Source: a virus (taxonomy: Duplodnaviria; Caudoviricetes). Taken from it: 33,392 bases of DNA. The notes beneath the pieces were generated by a model. It made no database searches. It was given only the letters and a program-made list of their open reading frames with translations, and was not told where the DNA came from. Below are positions 33,300-33,392 of the stretch, one piece after another. Position 1 is the stretch's first letter. Each line of letters opens with the position of its first letter. The stretch lies in the IMG/VR virus record IMGVR_UViG_3300044850_000077, positions 1 through 33,392 of that record; one strand, 5' to 3'. The translations under genes and the position numbers were made by a program.

Positions 33300-33392
33300 A
33301 CGTCACGAATTCCCTATATTGAAAGTTTTTTTTATATCGCTAGCCACCTGCGTTCGGGCGCGTGCGCGGGGGGGTGGTGGTGGGGGCGGTGT

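Larger units (their letters stand above)
1..33392. mobile_element. Temperate siphovirus genome, probably complete and in excised/circular configuration
   Basis: Terminase, portal, protease, capsid, neck, tail, tape measure, lysin, repressor, integrase and replication genes are all present. attP is uninterrupted and no host housekeeping genes are visible. Confidence 0.93.

Overview
The window looks like an essentially complete 33.4-kb temperate siphovirus genome in its excised form: attP (3' half of a tRNA-Pro) is intact, and the two window ends fall between the HNH and terS genes. Modules: a leftward early operon (Cro-like regulator, small ORFs, FtsK/TraB-like ATPase, Spd-like membrane protein, replication initiator with iterons, DnaC-like loader, integron integrase); a divergent switch with a CI repressor and a short lysogeny operon; attP-xis-int; and a leftward late region (HNH, terS, terL, lysis genes, HK97-type portal, ClpP protease, scaffold, P22-gp5-like capsid, neck, an inserted fibre-like block, tail). 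A Chloroflexota (Anaerolineae-like) host is a tentative inference from protein style only. Three features stand out. (1) An integron integrase is translationally coupled into the lytic early operon and followed directly by an attI-like core, one cassette-like gene and a decayed attC, which suggests a phage-borne integron with reversed geometry. (2) A TraB/Spd-like pair resembles actinomycete plasmid spreading modules. (3) Two copies of a structured terminator/antiterminator leader precede the two late transcription units. All calls come from reading the sequence by eye; no database searches were run.
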